Shown in pieces: positions 14,273 to 26,439 of a stretch of DNA of 64,000 nt (position 1 is its first letter; each line of letters starts with the position of its first letter). Under the pieces are notes generated by a model. The model was not told the origin of the DNA and ran no database searches. It saw only the letters and a program-made list of their open reading frames with translations. This DNA comes from Leucoraja ocellata (taxonomy: Eukaryota), in assembly GCA_036785375.1 (NCBI GenBank), contig JAWMAR010000175.1, forward strand, positions 1,116,001 through 1,180,000, written 5' to 3'. Both the position numbers and the translations under genes were made by a program.

Positions 14273-14924
14273 ATCAAGTACCCATAGTCAGGATGGAACC
14301 CAGGTCTCTGCCGCTGTAAGGCAGTAGCTTTACCACTAAAACCCATGTTGATAAAGTCCCACAAACTTTCCCCTGTGTGTTTCTAAAGTCCTCTTCAATT
14401 GTCCATTATCGTATGATCAGCAAAGGTTGAGTGTGCCCTTGAGCACTACTGAAAATCCTCAGCAAGGAAGTGTTAACTCATCAGCCAGCCACTATTAGTA
14501 GAGGGTTTTATGTCCAGCACTCTCCACAAAAGTGTTGCACACATGACGGGTGCCAGCAGATAAGTGAAGTGCCAATCCACCCCTTGATGGTTCTCCCAGC
14601 TGTATTCCTGCAGCTCGCTTCAACTCCAGTGAGAAGAAGCAATCCTGCAATAACCGCAGGCTAAACTGGCATCTCAACCCAAGAACCCACCATGGGTTCC
14701 CCACAGGCTCCATGGTCCATAATGGAACCTTCATTCTCAGCACAGAGTCTCTGGAACAATGTTAATGTTGCAATCACACACTCTACTTTCTCCAGTATCT
14801 TTCAACACTCCAGCAACACAACATTCCTGCTGCACATCGCTACATTGCCAGAACACATGGTTTGTGTGGAACCTACAGGAGACCCGTTCTTCACTGAGAG
14901 AGTGAAGTCATTGCCAAGACCAAG

Positions 14925-15340
14925 CTGACCTCCCGGTGGCTCAGCACTTCAACTCCCCCTCCCACTCCGCCTCCGACCTCTCTGTCCTGGGTCTCCTCCA
15001 TGGCCACAGCGAGCAGCACCGGAAATTGGAGGAACAGCACCTCATATTCCGTTTGGGGAGTCTGCACCCCGGGGGCATGAACATCGAATTATCCCAATTT
15101 TGTTAGTCCTTGTTGTCTCCTCCCCTTCCTCAGCCCCCCTGCTGTCTCCTCCCATCCCCCAGCCTTCTGGCTACTCCTCCTTTTCCCCTTCCTGTCCCCA
15201 CCCACCCCCGCCCCCGATCAGTCTGAAGAAGGGTTTCGGCCCGAAACGTTGCCTATTTCCTTCGCTCCATAGAGGCTGCTGCACCCGCTGAGTTTCTCCA
15301 GCTTTTTTGTGTAACCTTCGATTCTCCAGCATCTGCAGTT
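14925..15340 (+). mobile_element. Penelope-like element 3' fragment with a hammerhead-like core
   Basis: VAQHFNS...RKLEEQHLIFRLG..HP.GMN coding remnant; CTGAAGA-AGGGTTTCGGCCC-GAAACGTT at 15223-15250. Confidence 0.8.
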
Positions 15341-15366
15341 AGGGTTAGGGTTAGGGTTAGGGTTAT
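15339..15366 (+). repeat. Interstitial telomeric repeat (TTAGGG)4
   Basis: ttagggttagggttagggttagggtta read directly. Confidence 0.9.
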
Positions 15367-15617
15367 TAGAGTGCAGACCATTAGAGTGCAGTTTCTGACT
15401 GCAAGGGACCTACATTTGTTTTAAGTAATCTATTTCTTTTCACATATCTATAAAAACAAGTCCCAGTATAAAGATATAAGATCTGGGATGTCAGAACTCA
15501 AGCGGATGAACCTGTCTATGGCACTGCCATAGAGGGAGTGCAGAGACGGTTCACCAGACTGATTCCTGGGATGTCAGGACTGTCTTGTGAAGAAAGACTG
15601 GATAGATTAAACAGAAA

Positions 15618-16801
15618 TCCCTTCTGTTTAAATATTTTCTTGTTACTTGTTTCAAAGCCGTTTGTTGCAACACAAACCCTATCCAGTGGTGACAGGAAAC
15701 AGGTTCCACTGGGCTGTTCAGACCAGACACTGACTGACTATCAACAGTTCCATATCTGACCTGCTTTCAGCTATCTGTCTCTTAATCCAGGTCAGGGGCA
15801 CAGAGGAAGGAGAGCGGACATCTGTTCATCTCTCTGTCTGTAACACAGACTGATAATGGGGGAGGCAGGGCTGGTGTGAGAACCTCACTCAAGGCCGGGC
15901 TGTAGTGAGAATAGGACAGTGCCGCTGATACCAAACCATGTGTTGTCTTCCCGCTGACGGGAAGGAACGCAACAAAGGCTTTTCACTCTAACTCGGTACA
16001 CGTGACAATAAACTAAACTAAACCACACAAGCACCCATTCCCATGAGAAGTGAAAGCTCTTTCACAGAGTCACTGAGCCGTACAGCACGGAAACAGGCCC
16101 TTCGGCCCACCGTGTCCATGCCGACCCATACTGGGCTAGTCCCATTCGCCTGCATTTGGCCCATATCCCTCACAACCCCTGCGATCCATATACAGGTGCA
16201 AAGGTCGGACAGTGTAGAGTGGGCGGGTCAGTTTAGTTGGGGCATCTTGGTCAGCATGGACCAGTTGGGCTGAAGGGCCTGTTTCCATGCTCCATGACTC
16301 TATCACATGGGTGTTATCAGCTGCTGTGTGAGGGGAAGGGAACATTTGATAATCTAAAGAATGTTAAAGTGCATAAGATAGTTCGACAAAATTTGAAAAA
16401 TATGTGGTTGGATTGAAAGGCAAAGAATAGTCTGGATAATCCACAAGTCCCAACATCGTACGTTGACAAACTGCATCAATCTCAACACACGGCTGCAATT
16501 ATAAATGCTGACACTAACTAAAGATCAACTATCCAAGATTCTATTCCCAGCTAAATTACCAACACGATTAAGATCCAAGTACTGAGATATCGATCTAAAT
16601 TATGAGGGGCCCGATGGTGGTGCAACGGGTTTGGAAACGATTCCCAGCTGAGGATGTGCTCATTGGGAAACCCAGGTATTTAGTGAGAGGAGAATAACAA
16701 ATGCACTACAGCAAGAGGAACGATACAAGGGAGAGTGCTTCACCCATCGACCAGCAGGAGGCACTGTTCATAGGACTGCGTGTGTGGACACTGGTGGGCA
16801 T
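15618..16801 (+). repeat. Inverted segmental duplication, copy A (partner 59669-61797)
   Basis: Reverse-complement near-identity read by eye across ~1.18 kb. ORFs 16043-16273(+) and 60199-60429(-) translate almost identically. Confidence 0.95.
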
Positions 16802-16925
16802 CTTTACTCGTCAACTTGTTGAGATATCTCATGATTCCTGAGTTTGTTGCATTCACTCTTCACTCTTGGACCTGATGCATTAACTATTCACATAGGTGGC
16901 ACGGTGGCGCAGCAGTTGAGCTGCT

Positions 16926-18655
16926 GAATATAAAGCAGGATAGTAAAAGCTTCTTTAGGTATGAAGAGGGAAAAAATTGTGAAGACCAAAGTTGGACCCT
17001 TGAAGACTGAAAAAGGTGCATTTATTATGGGGAACAAGGAAATGGCAGATGAGTTGAACAGATACTGTACACTGTACAGGCAGGAAATGGTATTGGGTAG
17101 ACTGATGGGACTGAAGGCTGATAATCCCCAGGGCCTGATGGTCTGCATCCCAGGGTACTTAATGAAGTGGCTCTAGAAATCATGGATGCATTGGTGATCA
17201 TTTTCCAATGTTCTATAGATTCAGGATCAGTTCTCGTGAATTGGAGGGTAGCTAATGTTATCCCACTTTTTACGAAAGGTGGGAGAGAGAAAACGGGGAA
17301 TTATAGACCAGTTAGCCTGACATCGGTGGTGGGGAAGATGCTGGAGTCAATCATAAAAGATGAAATAGCGGCACATTTGGATAGCAGTAACAGGATCGGT
17401 CTGAGTCAGCATGGATTTACGAAGGGGAAATCATGCTTGACTAATCTTCTGGAATTTTTTGAAGATGTAACTAGGAAAATGGACAAGGGAGAGCAAGTGG
17501 ATGTAGTGTACCTGGACTTTCAGAAAGCATTTGATAAAGTCCCACATAGGAGATCAGTGAGCAAAATTAGGGCACATGATATTGGGGGTAGGGTGCTGAT
17601 ATAGATAGAGAAGTGGTTGGCAGACAGGAAACAAAGAGTAGAGATTAATGGCAGGCAGTGACTAGTGGGTACCGCAAGGCTCGGTGCTGGGACCGCAGCT
17701 ATTTAAAATATACATCAAAGATTTAGATGAAGGGATTCAAAGTAACATTAGCAAATTTGCAGATGACACAAAGCTGGGTGGCAGTGTGAACTGTGAGGCA
17801 GTTGCTATGAGAATGCAGGGTGACTTGGACAGGTTGGGTGAGTGGGTAGATGCATGGCAGGTGCACTTTAATGTGGATAAATGTGAGGTTATCCACTTTG
17901 GTGGCAAAAACAGGAAGGCAGATTATTATCTAAATGGTGTCAAGTTGGGAAAAGGGGAAGTACAATGGGATCTGGGTGTCCTTGTTCATCAGTCAATGAA
18001 AGTTAGCATGCAGGTACAGCAGGCAGTGAAGAATGCGAATGGCATATTGTCTTTCATAATAAGAGGAGTTGAGTATAGAAGCAAAGAGGTCCTTCTGCAG
18101 TTGTATAGGGCCCTAGTGAGACCACATCTGGAGTATTGTGTGCAGTTTTAGTCCCTTAATTTGAGGAAGGACATTCTTGCTATTGAGGGAGTGCAGAATA
18201 GGTTCTCAAGGTTAATTCGTGGGATGGTGGGACTGTCATATGCTGAGAGAATGGAGCGGCTGGGCTTGTATACTCTGAAATTTAGAAGGATGAGAGGGAA
18301 TCTTATTGAAACATATGAGATTATTAAGGGTTTGGACACGCTAGAGGCAGGAAACATGTTCCCGATGTTGGGGGAGTCCAGAACCAGGGGCCACAGCTTA
18401 AGAAAAAGGGGTAAGGCATTTAGAACGGAGATGAGGAAAAACTTTTCCTCACAGAGAGTGGTGAGTCTGTGGAATTCTCTGCCACAGAGGGCGGTGGAGG
18501 CCGGCTCTCTGGATACTTTCAAGCGAGAGCAGCGGAGTCAGGGCATATGGGGAGAAGGCAGGAACGGGGTACTGATTGTGGATGATCAGCCATGATCACA
18601 TTGAATGGCGGTGCTGGCTCGGAGGGCCGAATAGCCTACTCCTATTGTCTATTGT
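16926..18655 (+). mobile_element. CR1 LINE, long 5'-truncated copy inserted into a tRNA-SINE (head 16897-16925, remainder 18657-18928)
   Basis: NYRPVSLTS, QHGF, YLDFQKAFDKV and KFADDTK RT motifs with frameshifts. The SINE A box lies before the insert and the SINE body after it. Confidence 0.92.
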
Positions 18656-19645
18656 CTTACAGTGCTAGAGACCCGGATCCGATCCTGACTACGGGTGCCG
18701 TCTGTACGGAGTTTGTACGTTCTTTCTCTCCGTGACCTGCGTGGGTTTTCTCTGAGAAAGTTCAGTTTACTCCCACACTCCAAAGACGTACAGGTTTGTG
18801 GGTTAATTGGCTTGGTATAAATGTAAAATTGTCCCTACTGAGTGTCGGGCAGTGTTAAAGTGCGGGGATTGCTGGTCGGTGCGGACTAGGTGGGTTGAAG
18901 GGCCTGTTTCCGTGCTGTATCTCTAAAGTGGAGAAAGATTGGCTCAGCAGATTGAAGCAGGTCTAGCTCCATCCAGCACCTCTTGAATCAACTCTAGCAG
19001 TTGCACAGTTGGATAGAGTGGATGTGGAGAGGATGATTCCTTTAGGAAGGAGATGAGGAGGAATTTCTTTAGTCGGAGGCTGGTGAATCTGTGATATTTA
19101 TGGCCACAGGAGGATGTGGAGGCCAAGCCAATGGGTATTTTTAAGGTCGAGGTTGACAGATTAATACAGGTGTCAGGGGTTATGGGGGAAAGGCAGGAGA
19201 ATGGGGTTGAGAGGGAAAGATAGATCAGCCGTGCTTGAATGGTGGAGTAGACTGGATGGGCCGAATGGCCTAACTCTGTTCCTAGAACTTATGAACTTGT
19301 GAACACCGTGTGCCCTTGACTCTTGACTCTCTTGACTCTTGACTCTTGACTCTCTTGACTCTTGCCCAGCCCCGGGGAAGAATCTTGGCAGCAGTGAGTG
19401 AGGGAATGTTCGGGGCAAGAGGGGTGGTTCTCATTTTAACAGCAGAATCAACAAGCCCATGGATGAAGTAGAATATTATGAAAAACATATTGAAAACAGC
19501 CACAAATCTGCTGAAGAAGGGTCTGGACCTGAAATGCCACCTATTCCTTTTCGCCAGAGATGCTGTCTGACCCGCTGAGTTACTCCAGCATTTTGTGCCT
19601 GTCACAAATTGGTTTCGTTTAGTTTAGTTTAGGTAAACTCAACTA

Positions 19646-20391
19646 AACAGTAGAACAGAGGGATCTGGGTATAACCGTGCATAGTTCCTTGAAGGTGGAA
19701 TCTCATGTAGATAGGGTGGTAAAGAAAGCTTTTGGTATGCTAGCCTTTATAAATCAGAGCATTGAGTATAGAAGCTGGGATGTAATGTTAAAATTGTACA
19801 AGGCATTGGTGAGACCAAATCTGGAGTACGGTGTACAATTTTGGTCGCCCAATTATAGGAAGGATGTCAACAAAATAGAGAGAGTACAGAGGAGATTTAC
19901 TAGAATGTTGCCTGGGTTTCAACAACTACGTTACAGAGATAGGTTGAATAAGTTAGGGCTTTATTCTCTGGAGCGCAGAAGGTTAAGGGGGGACTTGATA
20001 GAGGTCTTTAAAATGATGAGAGGGATAGACAGAGTTGATGTGGACAAGCTTTTCCCTTTGAGAATAGAGAAGATTCAAACAAGAGGACATGACTTCAGAA
20101 TTAAGGGACAGAAGTTTAGGGGTAACATGAGGGGGAACTTCTTTACTCAGAGAGTGGTAGCGGTGTGGAATGAGCTTCCAGTGGAAGTGGTGGAGGCAGG
20201 TTCATTGGTATCATTTAAAAATAAATTGGATAGGCATATGGATGAGAAGGGAATGGAGGGTTATGGTATGAGTGCAGGCAGGTGTGGACTAAGGGGAAAA
20301 AAAGTTGTTCGGCACGGACTTGTAGGGCCGAGATGGCCTGTTTCCGTGCTGTAATTGTTATATGGTTATATGGTTATATGGTTATATGGTT
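19646..20391 (+). mobile_element. CR1 LINE 3' end, (GGTTATAT)n-tail subfamily
   Basis: ORF 19677-20354; same subfamily as 31522-32028, 54488-55084 and 60535-61471. Confidence 0.93.
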
Positions 20392-21041
20392 AAACACTAC
20401 ACTGAACTAATCTAAACAAAAACAAAACACAGATAACACAGGTAGACAAAAATGCTGGAGAAACTCAGCGGGAGTTTCTATGGAGCGAAGGAAATAGGCA
20501 ACGTTTCGGGTCGAAACCCTTATAACCATATAACCATATAACAATTACAGCACAGAAACAGGCCATCTAGTCCGTGCCAAACACGTATTCTCCCCTAGTC
20601 CCATCTACCTGCACTCAGACCATAACCCTCCATTCCTTTCCCGTCCATATAACTATCCAATTTATTTTTAAATGATAAAATCTAACTTGCCTCCACCACC
20701 TTCACTGGAAGCTCATTCCACACAGCTACCACTCTCTGAGTAAAGATGTCCCCCCCTCATGTTACCCCTAAACTTCTGTCCCTTCATTCTCAAGTCATGT
20801 CCTCTTGTTTGAATCTTCCCTACTCTCAGTGGGAAAGTCTTCAGACTCCACAGATAACACAGATTGCGTATGAAATCATGAGAAGAATAGATCGGGTGGA
20901 TGCAGAGAAGCATAGACATATTAGCCGGCATGGGCAAGTTGGGCCGAAGGGCCTGTTTCTACACATTGTATGAGTCACAGCGACATTGAGATGGGTGTAT
21001 GTCGGCCGGGGTGATTAGACTGTGGCCCGAGCCAAGTCCAA

Positions 21042-21176
21042 GTATCAGTGGGTGCAGCAAGGGACACATTACATTACAGATCTCCTCCCCATTCACAGGT
21101 GAGACGTTACACGTCTCACCTGTGAATGGGGAGGAGATCTGTAATGTAATGTATCCCTTGCTGCACTCATTGATAC
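21042..21176. repeat. Long near-perfect hairpin (66-bp arms, 3-nt loop), possible MITE
   Basis: 21042-21107 is the reverse complement of 21111-21176 with 3 differences. TA dinucleotides lie near both ends. Confidence 0.85.
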
Positions 21177-22117
21177 GGCCACAACGTTCAGTGTTGGTTC
21201 TACTGTCGAAGTGAAATATAATTCACTCCACCGCGCAGTTACAAATTACTCGCGCAAAGCCAGAACACTTCACTTCCCCTAAACCTCGGTGAGTATCAGG
21301 TGTGAGTGAGCCCGCTGCTCCACCGCTAATACCACCTGGACCCGGGCTGCCGTGAGTTGTCCTCCACCCGGCAACGGAGCCTCGCCTCGTGTAAGTACTT
21401 CCCTCCACATTATCCCGGACGCGTTGGTTCCCAGCACCAGGGCAAGGCAGGACAGGTCGGGAGATGGTTGGTGTAACAGGAGATACTTGGTCGTGTGGAC
21501 CGTCCGCATGTGGCCCAGGGACCGCGGCGCTGCAGTGACCCAGTGTGAATGTCCAGTCACACACACANNNNNNNNNNNNNNNNNNNNNNNNNNNNNNNNN
21601 NNNNNNNNNNNNNNNNNNNNNNNNNNNNNNNNNNNNNNNNNNNNNNNNNNNNNNNNNNNNNNNNNNNNNNNNNNNNNNNNNNNNNNNNNNNNNNNNNNNN
21701 NNNNNNNNNNNNNNNNTCTCTCTCACACATACACTCNNNNNNNNNNNNNNNNNNNNNNNNNNNNNNNNNNNNNNNNNNNNNNNNNNNNNNNNNNNNNNNN
21801 NNNNNNNNNNNNNNNNNNNNNNNNNNNNNNNNNNNNNNNNNNNNNNNNNNNNNNNNNNNNNNNNNNNNNNNNNNNNNNNNNNNNNNNNNNNNNNNNNNNN
21901 NNNNNNNNNNNNNNNNNNNNNNNNNNNNNNNNNNNNNNNNNNNNNNNNNNNNNNNNNNNNNNNNNNNNNNNNNNNNNNNNNNNNNNNNNNNNNNNNNNNN
22001 NNNNNNNNNNNNNNNNNNNNNNNNNNNNNNNNNNNNNNNNNNNNNNNNNNNNNNNNNNNNNNNNNNNNNNNNNNNNNNNNNNNNNNNNNNNNNNNNNNNN
22101 NNNNNNNNNNNNNNNNN

Positions 22118-22612
22118 CACACACACAATACTGGAGTAACTCTCTCTCTCACACACACACACACACAATACTGGAGTAACTCACACACACACAATACTGG
22201 AGTAACTCTCTCACACACACACACACACAATACTGGAGTAACTCACACACACACAATGCTGGAGTAACTCTCTCTCACACTCACAATGCTGGAGTAACTC
22301 TCTCTCACACTCANNNNNNNNNNNNNNNNNNNNNNNNNNNNNNNNNNNNNNNNNNNNNNNNNNNNNNNNNNNNNNNNNNNNNNNNNNNNNNNNNNNNNNN
22401 NNNNNNNNNNNNNNNNNNNNNNNNNNNNNNNNNNNNNNNNNNNNNNNNNNNNNNNNNNNNNNNNNNNNNNNNNNNNNNNNNCACACACACACACAATACT
22501 GGAGTAACTCTCTCACACACACACACACAATGCTGGAGTAACTCACGCACACACACACACAAAATGCTGGAGTAACTCACGCACACACACACACACACAA
22601 TGCTGGAGTAAC
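22118..22612 (+). repeat. Minisatellite (CA)n-AAT[A/G]CTGGAGTAACT-(CT)n flanking assembly gaps
   Basis: The repeated unit matches the end of the abundant ACACAAAATGCTGGAGTAACTCAGC repeat that follows at ~22600. Confidence 0.85.
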
Positions 22613-22810
22613 AGTGGGACAGGCAGCATCTCAGGAGTGAAGGAATAGGTGATGTTTCGGAAATGCTGCCTGTCCCGCTGAGTTTACTCCAGCATTTCGT
22701 CTATCTTGAAATCAGGGACTTCCTTCCCACACAAATGATCAATGAGATTCCCCACTAAGGTTCCGTGTCCTCATTGTTCCCCTCTCTGTCTTCTCCAGAC
22801 CTCGGCTGCC

Positions 22811-22868
22811 ATGTCACCGCTGGCAAATCCGTTCATTCTCGTTCTACTGCAGTCCCTCCTCGGTGAAG
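22811..22868 (+). CDS. IgSF receptor exon 1: signal peptide MSPLANPFILVLLQSLLGE
   Basis: Kozak-like GCTGCCATG, hydrophobic leader and phase-1 donor G|GTAAGG. Confidence 0.8.
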
Positions 22869-24500
22869 GTAAGGATTTGTGCTGCAGCACCTCGTTACAC
22901 ACCAGACCCTGCTGTTGCTCAGCCCCACGCATAGACTGGCCAAGTCCCCGCTCTCTCTCTCTCTCTCTCTCTCTCAATCCCTGCCTGCCTGTACTCGAGC
23001 TAATAGACAAGCGCTGGTAGAACGACCAATGATCCTCGTCATCCCCACACTAAACAAAGGCAAGTTTGGTCCATCGCTGGCCCGTGACTGTGATGACCCA
23101 TTGACCAGATGGACGTGGCACCGACTGACCGCTTGCTGATGCTAGCATTTATTTCAAGAGGACTAGAATATAAAACCAGGGATGTAGTGCGGAGGCTTTA
23201 TAAGGCACGGATCAGACCGCATGTAGAGTATTGTGAGCAATTTTGGGATTCACATCTGAGGAAGGACGTGCTGGCTCTGGAGAGGGTCAAGTCAAGAGTG
23301 TTTTATTGTCATATGTACTAGATAGAACAATTACATTCTTACTTGCTGCAGCACAACAGAATATGTCAACATTGTACATTGTAAACAATGTAATAAACNN
23401 NNNNNNNNNNNNNNNNNNNNNNNNNNNNNNNNNNNNNNNNNNNNNNNNNNNNNNNNNNNNNNNNNNNNNNNNNNNNNNNNNNNNNNNNNNNNNNNNNNNN
23501 NNNNNNNNNNNNNNNNNNNNNNNNNNNNNNNNNNNNNNNNNNNNNNNNNNNNNNNNNNNNNNNNNNNNNNNNNNNNNNNNNNNNNNNNNNNNNNNNNNNN
23601 NNNNNNNNNNNNNNNNNNNNNNNNNNNNNNNNNNNNNNNNNNNNNNNNNNNNNNNNNNNNNNNNNNNNNNNNNNNNNNNNNNNNNNNNNNNNNNNNNNNN
23701 NNNNNNNNNNNNNNNNNNNNNNNNNNNNNNNNNNNNNNNNNNNNNNNNNNNNNNNNNNNNNNNNNNNNNNNNNNNNNNNNNNNNNNNNNNNNNNNNNNNN
23801 NNNNNNTAGTAGTGCAATAATAATAATAATAATAATAATATTCTAGGTCAGAGCTTATTTAAGGATGTTTACAAGAATGATCCCAGGAATTAGTAGGTTA
23901 ACATATGATGAGCGTTTGTCGGCACAGGGCATATTGCAAATGGTGAAACGCTTGGATAGAGTGGATGTGGATAGGGTGTTTCCACTAGTGGGAGAGTCTA
24001 GGAACAGAGGGCACAGCCTCAGAATAAAAGGGCGCACCTTTAGAAAGGAGAGGAGGAGGAATGTCTTCATTCAGAGGGTAGTGAATCTGTGGAATCCATT
24101 ACCACAGAAGACTTTGGAGGCCAAGTCACTGGGTATTTTTAAAGTGGAGATTGACAGGGTGTCAGTGATCGCTTGCACTGTGCACCTTCCCCTTTGCTCT
24201 ACCCATTGTACTTGAGTTAGGCTTAATTATATTGATGTGTCGGAAGGAACTGCAGATGTTGGTTTAAACCGAAGATAGACACAAAAAGCTGGAGTAACTC
24301 AGTGAGACAGGCAGCATCTCTGGAGGGAAGGAATGGGTGACGTTTCAGGTCGGGAAGATGGGTCTCGCTGAGTTGCATTCGCATTTTTGCGTCTATTTTA
24401 ATCATATTTACATTCACTGCTATCTGGTGTGATTGGATAGCATGCAAAACAAAGATCTCTCTCTCTCCTCGGGTAACACTCATTCTATCATTATCACAAG

Positions 24501-24866
24501 GAAAATACCAAAGGCTGACGGTGTCACAGACTCCAAGCTCGATATTGGCACTGAGGGGCCAGAGTGTGAAGATAAACTGTTCCTTCAGCCATGAAAACTA
24601 CGAGCAAGTGTGGATCAAATGGGAACGCAATCATCCTGCCCGCAAGCTTTGTGACTACACGTTCAACAGATTGAAAGCCAATTATACGCAGAGGGACTGT
24701 ACACAACGTACCGACATTATGCTGGACCTCACAACAAGCTCGTTCATACTGACAATCTCCAACCTACAAGTCAATGATTCTGACATCTATCTCTGCCGGA
24801 TGTCCCTTGAAATACCCCCTCCTGTTCAAATAGTCGAGGGTAGCTCGACCAACCTGACCGTGGCAG
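24501..24866 (+). CDS. IgSF receptor exon 2: V-set domain, CD28H/TMIGD2/NKp30-type germline VJ
   Basis: AG acceptor at 24499-24500 and GTGAGT donor, phase 1-1. Motifs VSQTP, INC, IKW, extra Cys pair (KLC..DC), DSDIYLC, EIPPP and EGSSTNLTV. Confidence 0.93.
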
Positions 24867-25139
24867 GTGAGTGGCGAGGCAAGGAAGGGTGAGCATGAGT
24901 AGCAGGGATGCTGTGTGGTTAGATGGTCCATCGTGTAGTTACAGGTGGCCTGCTCCCGGTGTTCACTGGCCCCATCCCCGGCCACCCTGATCCACAGGTG
25001 ACCAAGAGGCTGCCCGCTGGCAGCGTTACGTTTATTCCCGCCACTTGTACAGGGGTACAAGTATAAAAAACGTTGTTTTGCAATGCTGTCCAAACAGATG
25101 ACATTGATACAATCAAGTGAAACTCAAGTACATGAGCGG

Positions 25140-25436
25140 CAGAGGTGGCACAGTGGTAGAGTTGCTGCCACACAGCGCCAACAACCCGGGTTCGATCCTG
25201 ACTACGGGTGCTGTCTGTACGGAGTTTGTACATTCTCCCCGTGACTGCGTGGTTTCTCCGAGATGTTTGGTTTCATCCCACACTCCAAAGACGTACAGGA
25301 GTGTGTAGGTTAATTGGCTTGGTGTAAATAGTCCCTAGTGTGTATAGGATAGTACTAGTGTGATGGGTGATCGCTGATCGATGGGCTGAAGGGCCTGTTT
25401 CCATGTCGTATCTCTAAACTAAACTAAGCTAAACTA
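25140..25436 (+). mobile_element. tRNA-derived SINE (HE1-like)
   Basis: A and B boxes (GGTGGCACAGTGG, GGTTCGATCC) and (CTAAA)n tail. Confidence 0.85.
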
Positions 25437-25829
25437 CCAACAGATAGAGCGGAGGGTGGAATTCATTGCCACAGGCGGCTGCGAAGACGCAGGCAAAGTT
25501 AATGGGCATTTTTAAAGTGGAGATTGGTTCTTGATTAGCAAGGGTGTCACGAATACAGAGTACAGTCTAGTTCTCAGCATTGTAGCGCATCAGCTCCAGA
25601 GACAAACTGTCGACAGTGGTTGAGAGGCTGGCTCCTCACAGAGGCTGACTCAACTGATGGGACATCCCCAGTGTTTTTGTTCTATTTCTGATGCTGATTT
25701 TAATCGAAGGTAGACAAAAATGCTGGAAAAACTCAGCGGGTGAGGCAGCATCTGTGGAGCAAAGGAAATAGGCAACGTTTCGGGTCGAGACCCTTTTTCA
25801 AAAGGTCTTTCTGTTGGGCACAAAGTAAA

Positions 25830-26048
25830 GGTCAGAACTGCCCCCTCCATCGACTCCTTTAAGTCAAGACTAAACACTTATCTTTACTCCCAAGCCTTTC
25901 CTGACGTCCACGGAGCGAGGGCTATATGTATATATGTATGTAGTTTGTTTGTTTATACTATTCTTATAACAAATGTAAAGCACTTTAGCCAACGAGAGTT
26001 GTTTTTTAAATGTGCTATATAAATAAATGTGACTTGACTTGACTTGAC
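25830..26048 (+). mobile_element. L2-type LINE 3' tail
   Basis: FKSRLNTYLY..AF remnant, GTAAAGCACTTT...AAATGTGCTAT stem-loop and (GACTT)n tail. Confidence 0.7.
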
Positions 26049-26126
26049 ACAGTTGGTGGAGCCACGGGGAATATTGCAAGCATTGTGGGGTGATGGATGT
26101 ATTTTTGTTTTGCCCTTGACCCACAG

Positions 26127-26432
26127 CTCGTCCGCGGGTCTGGGTGAGAGCGGAGCCCGTGTCCACCCCCACCCAGGGGGTCCGGCTCACCTGCACGTCG
26201 CTGGACTTCTACCCCGGCCCCATCCAGGTGTCCTGGTTCGCAGACGGACACCAGCTCACCAACGGGACGGAGACTGGGCCCCTCTCCCCCAACCCTGACG
26301 GCTCCTTCTCCATCTCCAGCTTCCTGAACCTCACCCTCACCGCCTGGGGCCAGGGTGGAGACTACACCTGCCAGGTGAACCACTCCACGCTCCACAAACC
26401 CATCACACAACACATTTCTGCGCACTATCCAG
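26127..26432 (+). CDS. IgSF receptor exon 3: C1-set constant domain
   Basis: Polypyrimidine-CAG acceptor and GTAAGA donor, phase 1-1. LTCTSLDFYPGPIQVSW, NPDGSFS and YTCQVNHSTL are C1-set signatures. Confidence 0.94.
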
Positions 26433-26439
26433 GTAAGAA

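Noticed and set aside
21223-23817. Long ORFs crossing N runs (also 61965-63238)
   Set aside because: Artefacts of gaps and CA repeats.
24780-24900. Possible rearranging Ig/TCR V segment
   Set aside because: The V runs through the G strand to a splice donor, with no heptamer-spacer-nonamer after the second Cys and no separate J segments.
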